DNA of 64,000 nt from a bacterium (lineage in GTDB: Bacteria; Patescibacteriota; Patescibacteriia; SG8-24), in the NCBI GenBank assembly GCA_043825985.1, contig JBDRRB010000062.1, forward strand, positions 1,245 to 65,244, given 5' to 3'. The notes below the pieces were generated by a model. That model did no database searches. It had not been told where the DNA came from and worked only from the letters and a program-made list of their open reading frames with translations. Shown in pieces: positions 1 to 10,014 of this stretch. Positions within the stretch are counted from its first letter, which is position 1. Every line of letters begins with the position of its first letter. The translations under genes were made by a program, and so were the position numbers.

Positions 1-1
1 A

Positions 2-1894
2 CACCTGCACTATGCGACCCTCCAGGACGAGGTGCGCGAGACGGTGCAGGTCATCTCGGAGATCAAGGGCAGCTCGGGAGACCATTCCTGGAGCGACTTC
101 GCCATCCTGGTCCGCTCGCACGGCCAGGCCGACCCGTTCGCCGCCGAGCTGCAGCGGCGGGGCATCCCGTTCCAGTACCTGGCGCTCAAGGGGCTCTACG
201 CCAAGCCGGCGGTGCTCGACTGCATTGCCTACCTAAAGCTGCTCGACAACTACCACGAGAGCGCGGCGCTCTACCGCATCCTGGTCTCGCCGCCGTACTC
301 GCTGCCCGGGCCGGACCTGGTCGAGCTGACCCACATCGCCGATCGGCTCAAGGGCGAGTCGCTGTATGAGGTGATCAGGCGGAGGCACGAGCTCGCGGCC
401 GTGTCGCCCGAGGGCCAGGCCGTGCTCGACCGGCTGATGAGGCAGCTGGCCGACCATACCGACGTGGTGCGGCGGCAGGGGGTCCGGGAGGCGGCCGTCC
501 GCTGGCTGTACGACTCCGGCTACGTCGACCACCTGAAGGCCGCGGACACGGCCGAGAAGCAGGAGAGCCTGAGCCTGCTCAAGCAGTTCCTCGACCGGGT
601 CAAGCGCTACGAGGACGGGCACGATGACCCGAACCTGAGGCACTTCATGCAGGAGCTGGAGCTGGAGCGGGAGGGCGGCAACGCCGGGTCGCTGGCCTTC
701 GACGTCAACACCGGACCGGACATGGTGCGGATCATGACCGTCCACTCCTCGAAGGGGCTCGAGTTTCCGTACGTCTTCGTCGTCAACCTGGTCGACCAGC
801 GCTTTCCGACCAACCGGCGGGGAGGGGAGATTGAGCTGCCGGACGCGCTGACCAAGGAGATCGTGCCCGAGGGCGACATGCACTTGGAGGAGGAGCGGCG
901 GCTGTTCTACGTGGCCATGACCCGGGCCAAGGACGGCCTGTTCCTGACTTCGGCCGAGGACTACGGCGGACGGCGGAAGAAGAAGCCGTCGCGGTTCCTG
1001 TCCGAGCTGGGCTTCGACCGCACGCCGGTCGCGCCGTCCATGGAGCTGCTCGAGGATATCAGGCCTGCTCCGGCGGTGAGATCGGCCCCGTCGGACTACC
1101 GTCCGCCCAGCTCGTTCAGCTTCTCGCAGCTTGAGGCCTACGACCGCTGCCCGCTCCAGTACCGGTTCGCGCACGTCCTGCGGCTGCCGGTCTTCGGCAA
1201 GGCGTCGATGAGCTTCGGCAAGACCATGCACGCTGCCCTCGAGCGGTTCATGGGGGAGCTGGCCGTCCGCTCCGCCTCCAGGCAGGGGCAGCTGTTCGGC
1301 GGCGACCCGGGCGTTCCGGCGCCGGATGCCGGACTGCCGGTCAGCCTGAAGGAGCTGCTCGAGATGTACGACCAGAGCTGGATCAGCGACTGGTACAAGG
1401 ACGACGCGGAGAGGGAGAAGTTCCGGCGGGACGGGCGCCGCATGCTGGAGGGGTTCTACGAGGACCTGTCGGCCGGCCGGCCGGTGCCGCTGCTCCTGGA
1501 GCAGGACTTCCGCCTGAAGCTGGGCGGGCATGTCTTCCGCGGCAAGATAGACCGCATCGACCTGCTCCCAGACGGGACGCACGAGATCGTCGACTACAAG
1601 ACCGGCACACCCAAGGATAAGCTGTCCGCGGACGACAAGCGCCAGCTGCTCCTGTACCAGCTGGCGGCCGGCCGGGCGCTGGGACTGAGGTCGACCAGGC
1701 TGACCTTCCATTACCTAAAGGACGGGACCAAGCAGAGCTTCATCGGCAGCGACGAGGACCTCGGCAAGCTGGAGGAGCAGATCGAGGCTACCCTGCAGGA
1801 GATCGTGGCCGGCGAGTTCGTCCCCAAGCCGAGCATGATAAACTGCCAGAACTGCGACTTCTCCGGCATCTGCGAGTTCAAGTCAAAGACCTAG
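2..1894 (+). CDS. UvrD/PcrA-like SF1 helicase C-terminus fused to a PD-(D/E)XK RecB/AddB-family nuclease with a 4-Cys Fe-S motif (5'-truncated by window edge)
   Basis: Frame is open from position 2. Helicase motifs MTVHSSKGLEF and EERRLFYVAMTRAK; nuclease motifs GKIDRID, IVDYKTG, QLLLY; Cys in RCPLQY plus CQNCDFSGIC. Confidence 0.9.
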   Translation, partial: HLHYATLQDEVRETVQVISEIKGSSGDHSWSDFAILVRSHGQADPFAAELQRRGIPFQYLALKGLYAKPAVLDCIAYLKLLDNYHESAALYRILVSPPYSLPGPDLVELTHIADRLKGESLYEVIRRRHELAAVSPEGQAVLDRLMRQLADHTDVVRRQGVREAAVRWLYDSGYVDHLKAADTAEKQESLSLLKQFLDRVKRYEDGHDDPNLRHFMQELELEREGGNAGSLAFDVNTGPDMVRIMTVHSSKGLEFPYVFVVNLVDQRFPTNRRGGEIELPDALTKEIVPEGDMHLEEERRLFYVAMTRAKDGLFLTSAEDYGGRRKKKPSRFLSELGFDRTPVAPSMELLEDIRPAPAVRSAPSDYRPPSSFSFSQLEAYDRCPLQYRFAHVLRLPVFGKASMSFGKTMHAALERFMGELAVRSASRQGQLFGGDPGVPAPDAGLPVSLKELLEMYDQSWISDWYKDDAEREKFRRDGRRMLEGFYEDLSAGRPVPLLLEQDFRLKLGGHVFRGKIDRIDLLPDGTHEIVDYKTGTPKDKLSADDKRQLLLYQLAAGRALGLRSTRLTFHYLKDGTKQSFIGSDEDLGKLEEQIEATLQEIVAGEFVPKPSMINCQNCDFSGICEFKSKT

Positions 1895-1906
1895 ATCCGA
1901 CGTGCC

Positions 1907-2200
1907 ATGACCTTCCAGAAGATCGACAACCTGATGGGCGGCTCGCTGCGGCGGGCCGGGGCGGCCGGCAAGGTCAGGGCCGCGATCGTGGCCGACACTT
2001 TCCTGGCTGTCGTGCGTAAGCGCTACGGCGCCGCCGCGGACCGGGCCGTGGTCCGGCGCTTTCGGGACGGCGCTGTGACCGTGGCCTGCGGATCGTCGGC
2101 GCTGGCCGAGGAGGTAAGGCTCGCCTCGGCTGAGCTGGTCGCCGAGACCAACCGCCGGCTCGGATCCGAGACGGTGCAGCGGCTCATGGCCGTGACCTGA
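1907..2200 (+). CDS. DUF721/DciA-like protein
   Basis: 97 aa; RFRDGAVTVACGSSALAEEV...NRRLG...VQRL pattern resembles DUF721. Confidence 0.7.
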   Translation: MTFQKIDNLMGGSLRRAGAAGKVRAAIVADTFLAVVRKRYGAAADRAVVRRFRDGAVTVACGSSALAEEVRLASAELVAETNRRLGSETVQRLMAVT

Positions 2201-2236
2201 GCGGCGATGGTATGATTGTCCGGTAATCGAACCGAC

Positions 2237-2620
2237 ATGACCCTGCGACAGTACCTGACCATGATGGCCGCCGGCACCGCGCTCTCCTGGGGAGCGGTCT
2301 GCCTGATGGTGACCATGATCGACCCGACGGTCTCCCGGCCGGCGGTGTTCGTCGTGTTCTACGCCAGCCTGCTGCTGTCCCTGACCGGGACGTTCGCCCT
2401 GGCCGGCTTCGTGTCCCGGGTCTCCCTGCTCGGAAAGAGGGACCAGCTGTCGCGGCAGGTCGCGGTCTCGTTCCGTCAGGCGCTGATGCTCTCGCTGACT
2501 GCCGTCGCCATCCTCTTCATGCAGAGCCAGGGGGTGCTGACCTGGTGGAATGCCGTCCTGACGGCCGCCGCGGCGACGGTCCTGGAGGCCTTCTTCATCT
2601 CGGTCGGCAACCGGACCTGA
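2237..2620 (+). CDS. Hypothetical four-helix membrane protein
   Basis: Four hydrophobic segments and an SFRQA motif; ATG at 2237 chosen over the upstream TTG. Confidence 0.7.
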   Translation: MTLRQYLTMMAAGTALSWGAVCLMVTMIDPTVSRPAVFVVFYASLLLSLTGTFALAGFVSRVSLLGKRDQLSRQVAVSFRQALMLSLTAVAILFMQSQGVLTWWNAVLTAAAATVLEAFFISVGNRT

Positions 2621-2657
2621 ACGGCAAAATCCGGCGGCATTTGGGGCCTTTTGCTTG

Positions 2658-2686
2658 TTGTGCTAAGGCCTTTTGCTATGTATACT
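2658..2686 (+). promoter_or_regulatory. Putative sigma70 promoter of the mre operon
   Basis: TTGTGC-17 bp-TATACT. Confidence 0.5.
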
Positions 2687-2730
2687 GGGCCTGCCCAATG
2701 GGGGAAAGCTTATACTGATGAGCAAAAAAG

Positions 2731-3801
2731 ATGTTCAAGAGATACCTGCGCCGCTTCTCCAAGGATCTGGGGATTGACCTCGGCACCTCAAACACGCTGG
2801 TCTACTGTCGGGACAAGGGGATTATGGTCAACGAGCCGTCGGTGGTCGCGCTCAACACGCGGACCGGACAGATCGTGGCCGTCGGGCACAGCGCCAAGGA
2901 CATGATCGGAAAGACCCCGTCCCACATCAGCACCGTCAAGCCGCTCGTGTCCGGCATCATTTCGGACTTCGAGGTGACGGAAAAGATGCTCAAGTACTTC
3001 ATCGAGCGCATCCACCGCGACGGCTTCTTCTTCCTGCCCCGGCCGCGGGTCGTGGTCAGCGTCCCCCTGGACCTGACCGAAGTCGAGCGCAAGGCCGTCG
3101 AGGACGCCGCGCTGAACGCCGGCGCGCGGGAGGTGTTCCTGGTCGAGGAGCCGATGGCCGCGGCGATCGGGTCGCGCCTGCCGATCACCGAGCCGGTCGG
3201 GAACATGATCGTCGACATCGGCGGGGGCATGACCGAGATCGCGGTCATCTCGCTCGGCGGCGTGGTGACCTGGAAGTCGCTGCGCGTGGCCGGCGACGAG
3301 ATGAACAAGAACATCGTCAAGTACGCCCGCGAGACGTTCAACCTGCTGCTGGGCGAGCGGGTGGCCGAGAACATAAAGATCCGCATCGGCACCGCGGCCG
3401 AGCCGGAGGAGCCGCTGGAGATGGAGATGCGCGGCCGGGACATGATCTCCGGCCTGCCCAAGGAGATCATCGTCGGCGACGCGCAGATCAGGCAGGCCCT
3501 GGCCCGTTCGGTCAAGACCATCGTCGAGAGCATCAAGACCGCGCTTGAGGTCACCCCGCCGGAGTTGGTGGCGGACATCTACGAGCGCGGAATCGTCATG
3601 ACTGGCGGCGGGTCGCTGCTGCGCGGGCTCGACGAGGTGGTGTCGCGGGCGACGGAGATTCCGGTCCGCATCACCGACGACCCGCTGACCTGCGTGGTCC
3701 GCGGGACCGGCATCCTGCTCGAGAACGAGGACCTGCTGCAGACCGTCGCCCTGCCCTCGTCGCAGGAGACGCGGAAGGAGAACCTGGCCGCCTTCAAGTA
3801 G
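2731..3801 (+). CDS. mreB: Rod shape-determining protein MreB
   Basis: GIDLGTSNT, EPSVVA, IVDIGGG, MTGGGSLL motifs. Confidence 0.97.
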   Translation: MFKRYLRRFSKDLGIDLGTSNTLVYCRDKGIMVNEPSVVALNTRTGQIVAVGHSAKDMIGKTPSHISTVKPLVSGIISDFEVTEKMLKYFIERIHRDGFFFLPRPRVVVSVPLDLTEVERKAVEDAALNAGAREVFLVEEPMAAAIGSRLPITEPVGNMIVDIGGGMTEIAVISLGGVVTWKSLRVAGDEMNKNIVKYARETFNLLLGERVAENIKIRIGTAAEPEEPLEMEMRGRDMISGLPKEIIVGDAQIRQALARSVKTIVESIKTALEVTPPELVADIYERGIVMTGGGSLLRGLDEVVSRATEIPVRITDDPLTCVVRGTGILLENEDLLQTVALPSSQETRKENLAAFK

Positions 3802-3835
3802 GCAGCGCGAAGGCCGGCTGAAACCAACGCGCACG

Positions 3836-4678
3836 ATGCGACCGGAAAGGATACAGCGAGTCGCGGCGGCGGTCCTGGTCGTCGCCGTGGCGATCATACT
3901 GCTCAGGCTGACGGGCGTGCTGTCCGCCGCTTTCGGTCTGGCCTCGTCGGCCTTCGCCGGTCTGGCGGCTCCGCTGCACGGTGCGGCCGTGTCCGGCCTG
4001 GCGCCGTCCGGACAGAGCGACTGCCCCGAACTGGACCAGGAGCTGGACTCGCTCCGGCTCGAGAACTCGCGGCTGCGGACCCTGGTCTCCGAGAACGCTG
4101 CCCTCAAGACGGCCCTGGACTTCAGGGAAAGGGAATCGACCCGGTCGGTGATGGCCCGGGTGCTGTCCCAGTCGTCCGACCCGACCTTCGCCGGCCTGAC
4201 GATCGACCGCGGCTCGGACGACGGGCTGTCTGCTGGCCAGCCGGTCGTGGTCGGCGACGGGGTGCTGGTCGGCAAGGTCTACGCCGTCCGACGCCGGACC
4301 GCCTCGGTGCTGCTCCTGACCGACTCCTCCAGCCGGCTGGCCGTGGCCGTGCAGGGCGGCTCGGGGACGCTGGGCGTGCTGGAGGGAAACCGCGGCATAA
4401 CCCTGGCCATCTCCCTCATCCCGCAGTCCGAACGGGTCTCACCGGGCGACATGGTCGTCACCTCCGGGCTTGAGCCGGGGATCCGCGCCGGCCTGGTGGT
4501 CGGAACGGTCGAGAAAGTCCAGCGCGATAGCCAGGAGCCGTTCCAGACGGCCAACATACTTCCGTTCGAGAGCGCCGTCCGGCCGATACTGGTGCAGGTG
4601 CTGATTCCCGAATTCGAGTTCGACCCGGCGGCCGTTTCCCGTCCGGAGGTCGAGACCGGATCGGCGGCGGCGCAATGA
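3836..4678 (+). CDS. mreC: Rod shape-determining protein MreC
   Basis: N-terminal TM, coiled coil LRLENSRLR, IDRGSDDG, GDMVVTSGL; follows mreB. Confidence 0.93.
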   Translation: MRPERIQRVAAAVLVVAVAIILLRLTGVLSAAFGLASSAFAGLAAPLHGAAVSGLAPSGQSDCPELDQELDSLRLENSRLRTLVSENAALKTALDFRERESTRSVMARVLSQSSDPTFAGLTIDRGSDDGLSAGQPVVVGDGVLVGKVYAVRRRTASVLLLTDSSSRLAVAVQGGSGTLGVLEGNRGITLAISLIPQSERVSPGDMVVTSGLEPGIRAGLVVGTVEKVQRDSQEPFQTANILPFESAVRPILVQVLIPEFEFDPAAVSRPEVETGSAAAQ

Positions 4679-4695
4679 CATGATGACCTGAGGTA

Positions 4696-5247
4696 ATGAG
4701 AGGGACACTGGCGATACTGTCGTTGGGCATGGTGCTGGCGCTGCTTCAGGCGGCGACTTTTTCGGTTCTGCCGTTTCCCGTGTCACTGATCAACCTGCCG
4801 CTCATGGTCTCGATTGCCCTGGTGCTGTCCTTCCGCTTCCGTCTGGCGGTCGCCTCCGCCGCGCTTTCCGGGCTGGTCCTCGACGCGCTCGTGCCCTCGC
4901 CGGCCTGGACGTCCGCGCTGTCGCTGGCCGCGGTGACGGCCCTGTCCGGCCTGCTCGTGTCCAGGTACGTCAGTCACCGGTCGATCGCCTCGGTCATCGG
5001 GTCGCACGGGCTGGCCTTCGTCGGCGTCGGAGTGCTGTCCTTTGCCATGCACTCTGTTGTCAGGACTTTCGGCGGAGAGCCCCTGGTTCATCCGGGAACC
5101 CTATCGGCGGCAGTCGGCGTCGTGATCGCGCTGCCGGTACAGTGCCTGACCGTGCTGGCTGTCCGTTGGATCTCCGGCTGGCTTCACGGACGCTTGGGAC
5201 GGATAGTGCTCGTTCTGCCGGGAAGTAATCGAATCGGACGCCTATGA
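4696..5247 (+). CDS. mreD: MreD-like membrane protein
   Basis: Polytopic hydrophobic protein with GLVLD motif, between mreC and mrdA. Confidence 0.7.
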   Translation: MRGTLAILSLGMVLALLQAATFSVLPFPVSLINLPLMVSIALVLSFRFRLAVASAALSGLVLDALVPSPAWTSALSLAAVTALSGLLVSRYVSHRSIASVIGSHGLAFVGVGVLSFAMHSVVRTFGGEPLVHPGTLSAAVGVVIALPVQCLTVLAVRWISGWLHGRLGRIVLVLPGSNRIGRL

Positions 5248-7205
5248 GGCTGTGGCCGAGAAGAAAACACGGCGACGGACGCCTGTTCCCGCTGGAGCTG
5301 GACCTGCCGAGCGTCCGGTCGGCCGGAGAAGACCTGGCTTTCGTCGACGACACCATGGCCGACTGGGGCGGACGGGTCGCGCCGGACCACGAGAGGAACC
5401 GGCGGGTCTCCGCTTCGGTCGGCACCGCACGGCTCATACCGGTCTGGGCGGCGATGCTCCTCGCGCTGGTGGCGGTGATGGGCCGGGCGGCGCAGATTCA
5501 GATCGCCGACCGCGACCACTACGCGGTCCTGGCCGAGGGAAACCGCAGCCGAATCGAGCGGGTTCCGGCCGAACGGGGGATCATCTTCGACCGGACCGGA
5601 CAGACCCTGGTGACGAACGTCCCCAAGTTCTCGGTCACGGTCACGCCGGCCGACCTGCCAACAGTCCCGATCGAACGGCGGATAGTCCTGGGACAGCTGG
5701 CCGAGACGGTCGGCCTTGCCCCGCGCGACATCGAGTTCAGCCTGCAGCGGGCCGTCGGGCAGGGATTGGCGCCGACACCGGTGGCGGTCGCCGACGACAT
5801 CACCCACGAGCAGGCGGTGCTGGTCGAGGTGCTTTCCTCCCGTTGGCCTGGGGTGCAGCTGCTGCGCGGCGCCAAGCGCGAGTATCCGCTGGGCCAGGAG
5901 GTGCCGTCGCTGTCGCACGTGGTCGGGTTCGAGGCGGTCGTGACGCCGGAGGACATCGAGTCCGGCGACTACCTGCCGACCGATCGGGTCGGGCGGACCG
6001 GGTTGGAGCGAAGCTACGAGCCGGAGCTGCGCGGAGAATACGGCCGGCGGCGCGTCGAGGTCGATGCGTTGGGGCGTCGCAAGACGACCATCGCCGAGGA
6101 GTCCGGGGTTCCCGGCCGAAACCTGGTGCTGACGGTCGATGCGGACCTTCAGCGGGTGGCGGAAGGGGCGCTGCGCCGCAGCCTCGACTCGTCCGGCTGC
6201 CGGCGGGGAAGCGTGATCGTCATGCGTCCGGGCAGCGGGGAGGTCCTGGCCCTGGTCAGCTGGCCGGCCTTCGACAACAACCTCTTCGCCGGCGGCATAT
6301 CCAGCCAGGAATACGCCGCCCTGTCCGAGGACGAGGACAACCCGCTGTTCGCGCGGGCCATCGGTGCGGCCCTGCCGTCGGGATCGGTCTTCAAGCCGGT
6401 CATAGCGGCCGCCGCCCTGTCCGAGGGCATCGTCACTCCCCGGACGACCTTCATGTCGGCCGGCGGGATATCGGTCGGCCGGTGGTTCTTCCCGGACTGG
6501 AAGGCCGGCGGGCATGGCCTGACCAACCTGGCCAAGGCCATCTCCGAGTCGGTCAACACCTATTTCTATATCGTCGGCGGCGGACTGGACAGCCGGGAGG
6601 GATTGGGGCTGGAGCGGATCGTGCGCTACGCCCGGATGTTCGGCTTCGGCGAGCGGACCGGCATCGACCTGGCCGGAGAGGGAGAGGGCTTCCTGCCTTC
6701 CGAGGAATGGAAGGAGAGGACCAAGGGCGAGCAGTGGTTCATCGGCGACACCTACCACCTGGCCATCGGTCAGGGAGACCTGCTGGTCACGCCGCTGCAG
6801 GTGGCGGTGATGACGGCCGCCTTCGCCAACGGCGGGGACATCGTCCGGCCGCACCTGGTGTCGGCCCTGCTCTCGTCGGACGGCCAGCGCGAGGAGCTCC
6901 TGGTTGAGCCTGTGGCCGAGGATGTCCTGCCGTCGGACGTGATCGAGGCCGTGCGCCAGGGCATGCGCGATTCCGTCCTCTACGGCAGCTCCCGCGGACT
7001 GTCGCTCCTGCCCGTCCCGGCCGCCGGAAAGACCGGCACCGCCCAGTGGAGCAGCCAGCACGACAACCATGCCTGGTTCACCTCCTTCGCCCCCTACGAC
7101 CGGCCGGAGATCTCGGTCACGGTCATGACCGAGGAGGGCGTCGAGGGTTCGCGCACGGCCGTACCGGTGGCCCGCGAAATAATGGAATACTATTTCCGCA
7201 AATGA
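5244..7205 (+). CDS. mrdA: Penicillin-binding protein 2
   Basis: RGIIFDR; transpeptidase motifs SVFK (SxxK), SVN (SxN), KTG. Confidence 0.95.
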   Translation: MRLWPRRKHGDGRLFPLELDLPSVRSAGEDLAFVDDTMADWGGRVAPDHERNRRVSASVGTARLIPVWAAMLLALVAVMGRAAQIQIADRDHYAVLAEGNRSRIERVPAERGIIFDRTGQTLVTNVPKFSVTVTPADLPTVPIERRIVLGQLAETVGLAPRDIEFSLQRAVGQGLAPTPVAVADDITHEQAVLVEVLSSRWPGVQLLRGAKREYPLGQEVPSLSHVVGFEAVVTPEDIESGDYLPTDRVGRTGLERSYEPELRGEYGRRRVEVDALGRRKTTIAEESGVPGRNLVLTVDADLQRVAEGALRRSLDSSGCRRGSVIVMRPGSGEVLALVSWPAFDNNLFAGGISSQEYAALSEDEDNPLFARAIGAALPSGSVFKPVIAAAALSEGIVTPRTTFMSAGGISVGRWFFPDWKAGGHGLTNLAKAISESVNTYFYIVGGGLDSREGLGLERIVRYARMFGFGERTGIDLAGEGEGFLPSEEWKERTKGEQWFIGDTYHLAIGQGDLLVTPLQVAVMTAAFANGGDIVRPHLVSALLSSDGQREELLVEPVAEDVLPSDVIEAVRQGMRDSVLYGSSRGLSLLPVPAAGKTGTAQWSSQHDNHAWFTSFAPYDRPEISVTVMTEEGVEGSRTAVPVAREIMEYYFRK

Positions 7206-7230
7206 GGCCTTTCGGGCGGCGGGCGGCGGC

Positions 7231-7259
7231 TTGACACCCCATCCGGGCGTCCGTATCCT
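7231..7259 (+). promoter_or_regulatory. Sigma70 promoter of greA-lysS
   Basis: TTGACA-17 bp-TATCCT. Confidence 0.75.
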
Positions 7260-7294
7260 CAATGCTGTACGTTCGTGCGCTAATGACGAATCAT

Positions 7295-7759
7295 ATGCAG
7301 AATCGGATGGTCTACGTGTCGCCGGAAGGCCTGCGTCGGCTCAAGGACGAACTGGCCGAGCTCAGGGGCAGCCGGATCAAGGAAGTGGCCGGCAAGATCG
7401 AGAAGGCCAAGGAGTTCGGCGACCTGAAGGAGAACTCGGAATATCACGACGCCAAGGACGAGATGTCGATGCTGATGTCCCGGATCAGGCAGATCGAGGA
7501 CCAGATAGCCCGGGCCGTCGTGGTCGAGAAGGGTACCGGCTCCGATACGGTCGGAATCGGGTCGACGGTCCGGATCAGCGGCTCTGGACGCGAGAAGACG
7601 ATCGTTGTCGTCGGTGCGCCCGAGGCCGATCCGTCCAAGGGGCTGATCTCCAACGACTCGCCGCTGGGCAAGGCGCTGATCGGACGGAAGGTGGGGGAGA
7701 CCGCCACCATCAACGCCCCGGCCGGGGAACTCAAGTATCAAATCATCGAGATCGACTGA
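7295..7759 (+). CDS. greA: Transcription elongation factor GreA
   Basis: GDLKENSEY and ISNDSPLGKALIG; start moved downstream of the promoter (7283 also possible). Confidence 0.95.
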   Translation: MQNRMVYVSPEGLRRLKDELAELRGSRIKEVAGKIEKAKEFGDLKENSEYHDAKDEMSMLMSRIRQIEDQIARAVVVEKGTGSDTVGIGSTVRISGSGREKTIVVVGAPEADPSKGLISNDSPLGKALIGRKVGETATINAPAGELKYQIIEID

Positions 7760-7770
7760 CCGTCATCCAT

Positions 7771-9285
7771 ATGGCCGAACAACCAAACGAGGAATCGATC
7801 GTCCGGCTCGAGAAGCTGCAGCGGCTCAGGGAGCGGGGGACCGATCCCTTTCCGGCCCGGAGCGGACGGACCCATACTGTCGGGGAAGTGCTGGACGACT
7901 TTGAGGCCAAGGTCGAGGCCGGCGAATCGCTGACCTTGGCCGGACGCCTTAGGGCCAAGCGCGGGCACGGCGGGGCGAGCTTCGTCGACCTTGAGGACGG
8001 CACCGGCCGAATGCAGGTTCACCTGCGCCAGGATGCCCTCGGCATCGAGTCGTACGAGGCGTTCGAGGCGAACTTCGACGTCGGCGACTTCGTGCAGGTG
8101 ACCGGGTCGGCGTTCACTACCCGGCGGGGCGAGCGCAGCATTGAGGCCAAGGAAATCGTCCTGCTGACCAAGGCGCTTCGTCCGCTGCCCGACAAGTGGC
8201 ACGGGCTGACCGACACCGAGGTCCGTTACCGCAAGCGCTACCTCGACCTCGTCTCCAACCAGGAAGTGCGGAACATCTTCCGCCAGCGCAGCCTGATCGT
8301 CAGGACGATCCGCGACTTCTTTCAGGAAGAGGGCTTCATGGAGGTCGAGACGCCTATCCTGCAGCCGCTGGCCGGCGGCGCGACTGCCCGTCCATTCGTC
8401 ACGCACCACAACGCGCTGGACATCGACCTCTACCTCCGGATCGCGCCTGAACTGTACCTCAAGCGGCTGGTGGTGGGCGGATTCGAACGGGTCTTCGAGA
8501 TCGCGCGCTGCTTCCGCAACGAGGGCATCGACCACCTGCACAACCCGGAGTTCACCCAGGTCGAGTTCTACCAGGCCTACGCCAACTACCGTGACCTGAT
8601 GGACCTGACCGAGCGTCTCCTACCGCGGATAGTGATGGCGGTCAACGGTTCCCTGCAGGTCGAGTTCGACGGCGAGACCGTAGACTTCACCCCGCCCTAT
8701 CCGCGGCTGGGATTTCGCCAGGCGATCGTCGAGCGCGGCGGCCCGGACATCCAGGAATATCCGGACCGGCCTTCCCTGGCCAAGGCGGCCGGGGCCGCCG
8801 GCGTGAAGGTCGAGAGTTCCGACGGCCGGGGCGACATCATGGACTCCATCTACAAGAAGTTCGTGCGGACCCAGATCGTCAGCCCGGCCTTCATTATCGA
8901 CCATCCCATCGAGCTGTCCCCGCTGGCCAAGAAGAAGGCCGAGGACGGACGCTACGTGGAACGGTTTCAGCTGGTTCTGGGCCGCGGAACCGAGCTCTGC
9001 AACGCCTATTCGGAGCTAAACGACCCAATCGACCAGAAGGCGCGCTTTCTCGAGCAGGAAGGCCTGCGAGAGGGAGGCAACGACGAGGCCCAACGGCTCG
9101 ACGAGGACTTCATCGAGGCCCTGGAGACCGGCCTGCCGCCGACGGCCGGTTTCGGCATGGGCATCGACCGGCTGACCGCCATCCTGACCGGATCACACAG
9201 CCTCAAGGAGGTGATACTGTTCCCGACACTCAGGCCCGAAGCAAGCCCCGATGGCGAAGACAAGCAAAAGGGAGACCGCACCTAG
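7771..9285 (+). CDS. lysS: Lysine--tRNA ligase (class II)
   Basis: [33 protein letters not shown]; true start MAEQPNEE at 7771. Confidence 0.97.
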   Translation: MAEQPNEESIVRLEKLQRLRERGTDPFPARSGRTHTVGEVLDDFEAKVEAGESLTLAGRLRAKRGHGGASFVDLEDGTGRMQVHLRQDALGIESYEAFEANFDVGDFVQVTGSAFTTRRGERSIEAKEIVLLTKALRPLPDKWHGLTDTEVRYRKRYLDLVSNQEVRNIFRQRSLIVRTIRDFFQEEGFMEVETPILQPLAGGATARPFVTHHNALDIDLYLRIAPELYLKRLVVGGFERVFEIARCFRNEGIDHLHNPEFTQVEFYQAYANYRDLMDLTERLLPRIVMAVNGSLQVEFDGETVDFTPPYPRLGFRQAIVERGGPDIQEYPDRPSLAKAAGAAGVKVESSDGRGDIMDSIYKKFVRTQIVSPAFIIDHPIELSPLAKKKAEDGRYVERFQLVLGRGTELCNAYSELNDPIDQKARFLEQEGLREGGNDEAQRLDEDFIEALETGLPPTAGFGMGIDRLTAILTGSHSLKEVILFPTLRPEASPDGEDKQKGDRT

Positions 9286-9772
9286 GCTCGAAGCCGACCG
9301 CCAGGACCGAGGTTCCAAACGTCGCAAAGAGACCAGCCGGCCGAAGACCGTGCTGGTCTTTGGCGTCTTTGACCTGCTGCACCCAGGTCACGTCTTCTTC
9401 CTGGAGCAGGCCCGTAGTCACGGCGAAAGGCTGGTGGTGATAGTGACTAGGGACGAACGGGCTCTGGAGGGCAAGGGGAGGCGCCCGGTCTTTTCTCTGG
9501 AAGAGAGACTTAAGCTGGTCGGGTCACTTCAGGCGGTCGACTTGGCCGAAGCTGGAGACCGACCGGGGGAATGGACTGCCATTTTGCGTCACAAGCCGAA
9601 TGTCATCTGCATCGGCCATGACCAAACAGCCGACCATCCAAAAATAAGGCAACAAATCGAATCGATCACCCCTAAACCACAGATATTGCGCTTACCGACG
9701 TACGGAGACGGGGAACTTTCGAGCTCGGCCATACGCCGACGCCTGCTTGACGAAACCGCTGGATCAGAATAA
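9251..9772 (+). CDS. Cytidylyltransferase-family protein (RibL FAD synthase/TagD-like)
   Basis: GVFDLLHPGH (HxGH), IGHDQ, SSSAIR. Confidence 0.85.
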   Translation: MAKTSKRETAPRLEADRQDRGSKRRKETSRPKTVLVFGVFDLLHPGHVFFLEQARSHGERLVVIVTRDERALEGKGRRPVFSLEERLKLVGSLQAVDLAEAGDRPGEWTAILRHKPNVICIGHDQTADHPKIRQQIESITPKPQILRLPTYGDGELSSSAIRRRLLDETAGSE

Positions 9773-9782
9773 CGATTAAGTC

Positions 9783-9830
9783 ATGAAGCGATCAGTTCAA
9801 AACATCGCCGAGTCGTCGCGCTCCATCTGA
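9783..9830 (+). CDS. Putative serS leader peptide MKRSVQNIAESSRSI
   Basis: 15-codon ORF with 4 Ser codons (TCA, TCG, TCG, TCC), upstream of a terminator that precedes serS. Confidence 0.65.
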   Translation: MKRSVQNIAESSRSI

Positions 9831-9858
9831 TGGAGCTGACTTTGGACCCGAGATTTCT

Positions 9859-9897
9859 GAAGAGGCTCCGTCAATCTGCCGGGGCCTCTTCGTTTTT
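9859..9897 (+). terminator. Intrinsic terminator / attenuator upstream of serS
   Basis: 12-bp stem GAAGAGGCTCCG / CGGGGCCTCTTC (one G-U) followed by GTTTTT. Confidence 0.8.
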
Positions 9898-10014
9898 AAG
9901 GTCACCGGAGAAAAAGACCTGAAGCTTTTGCTCTAACCCAACCAATCCGGACAGCTCCTTGCGGCTAGGTGCCGCAAATGGCATCCTTACTCAGACTTTT
10001 ACCGAAAAATCCTT

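Noticed and set aside
1080-1894. Cas4
   Set aside because: The 4-Cys PD-(D/E)XK domain is fused to a UvrD helicase and has no CRISPR context
7231-7770. 684-aa LysS ORF with a long N-terminal extension
   Set aside because: The extension overlaps greA and starts at the -35 TTG; the real start is 7771
9780-10014. T-box riboswitch upstream of serS
   Set aside because: No T-box antiterminator bulge (TGGNACC) or specifier stem seen; the leader-peptide model fits better
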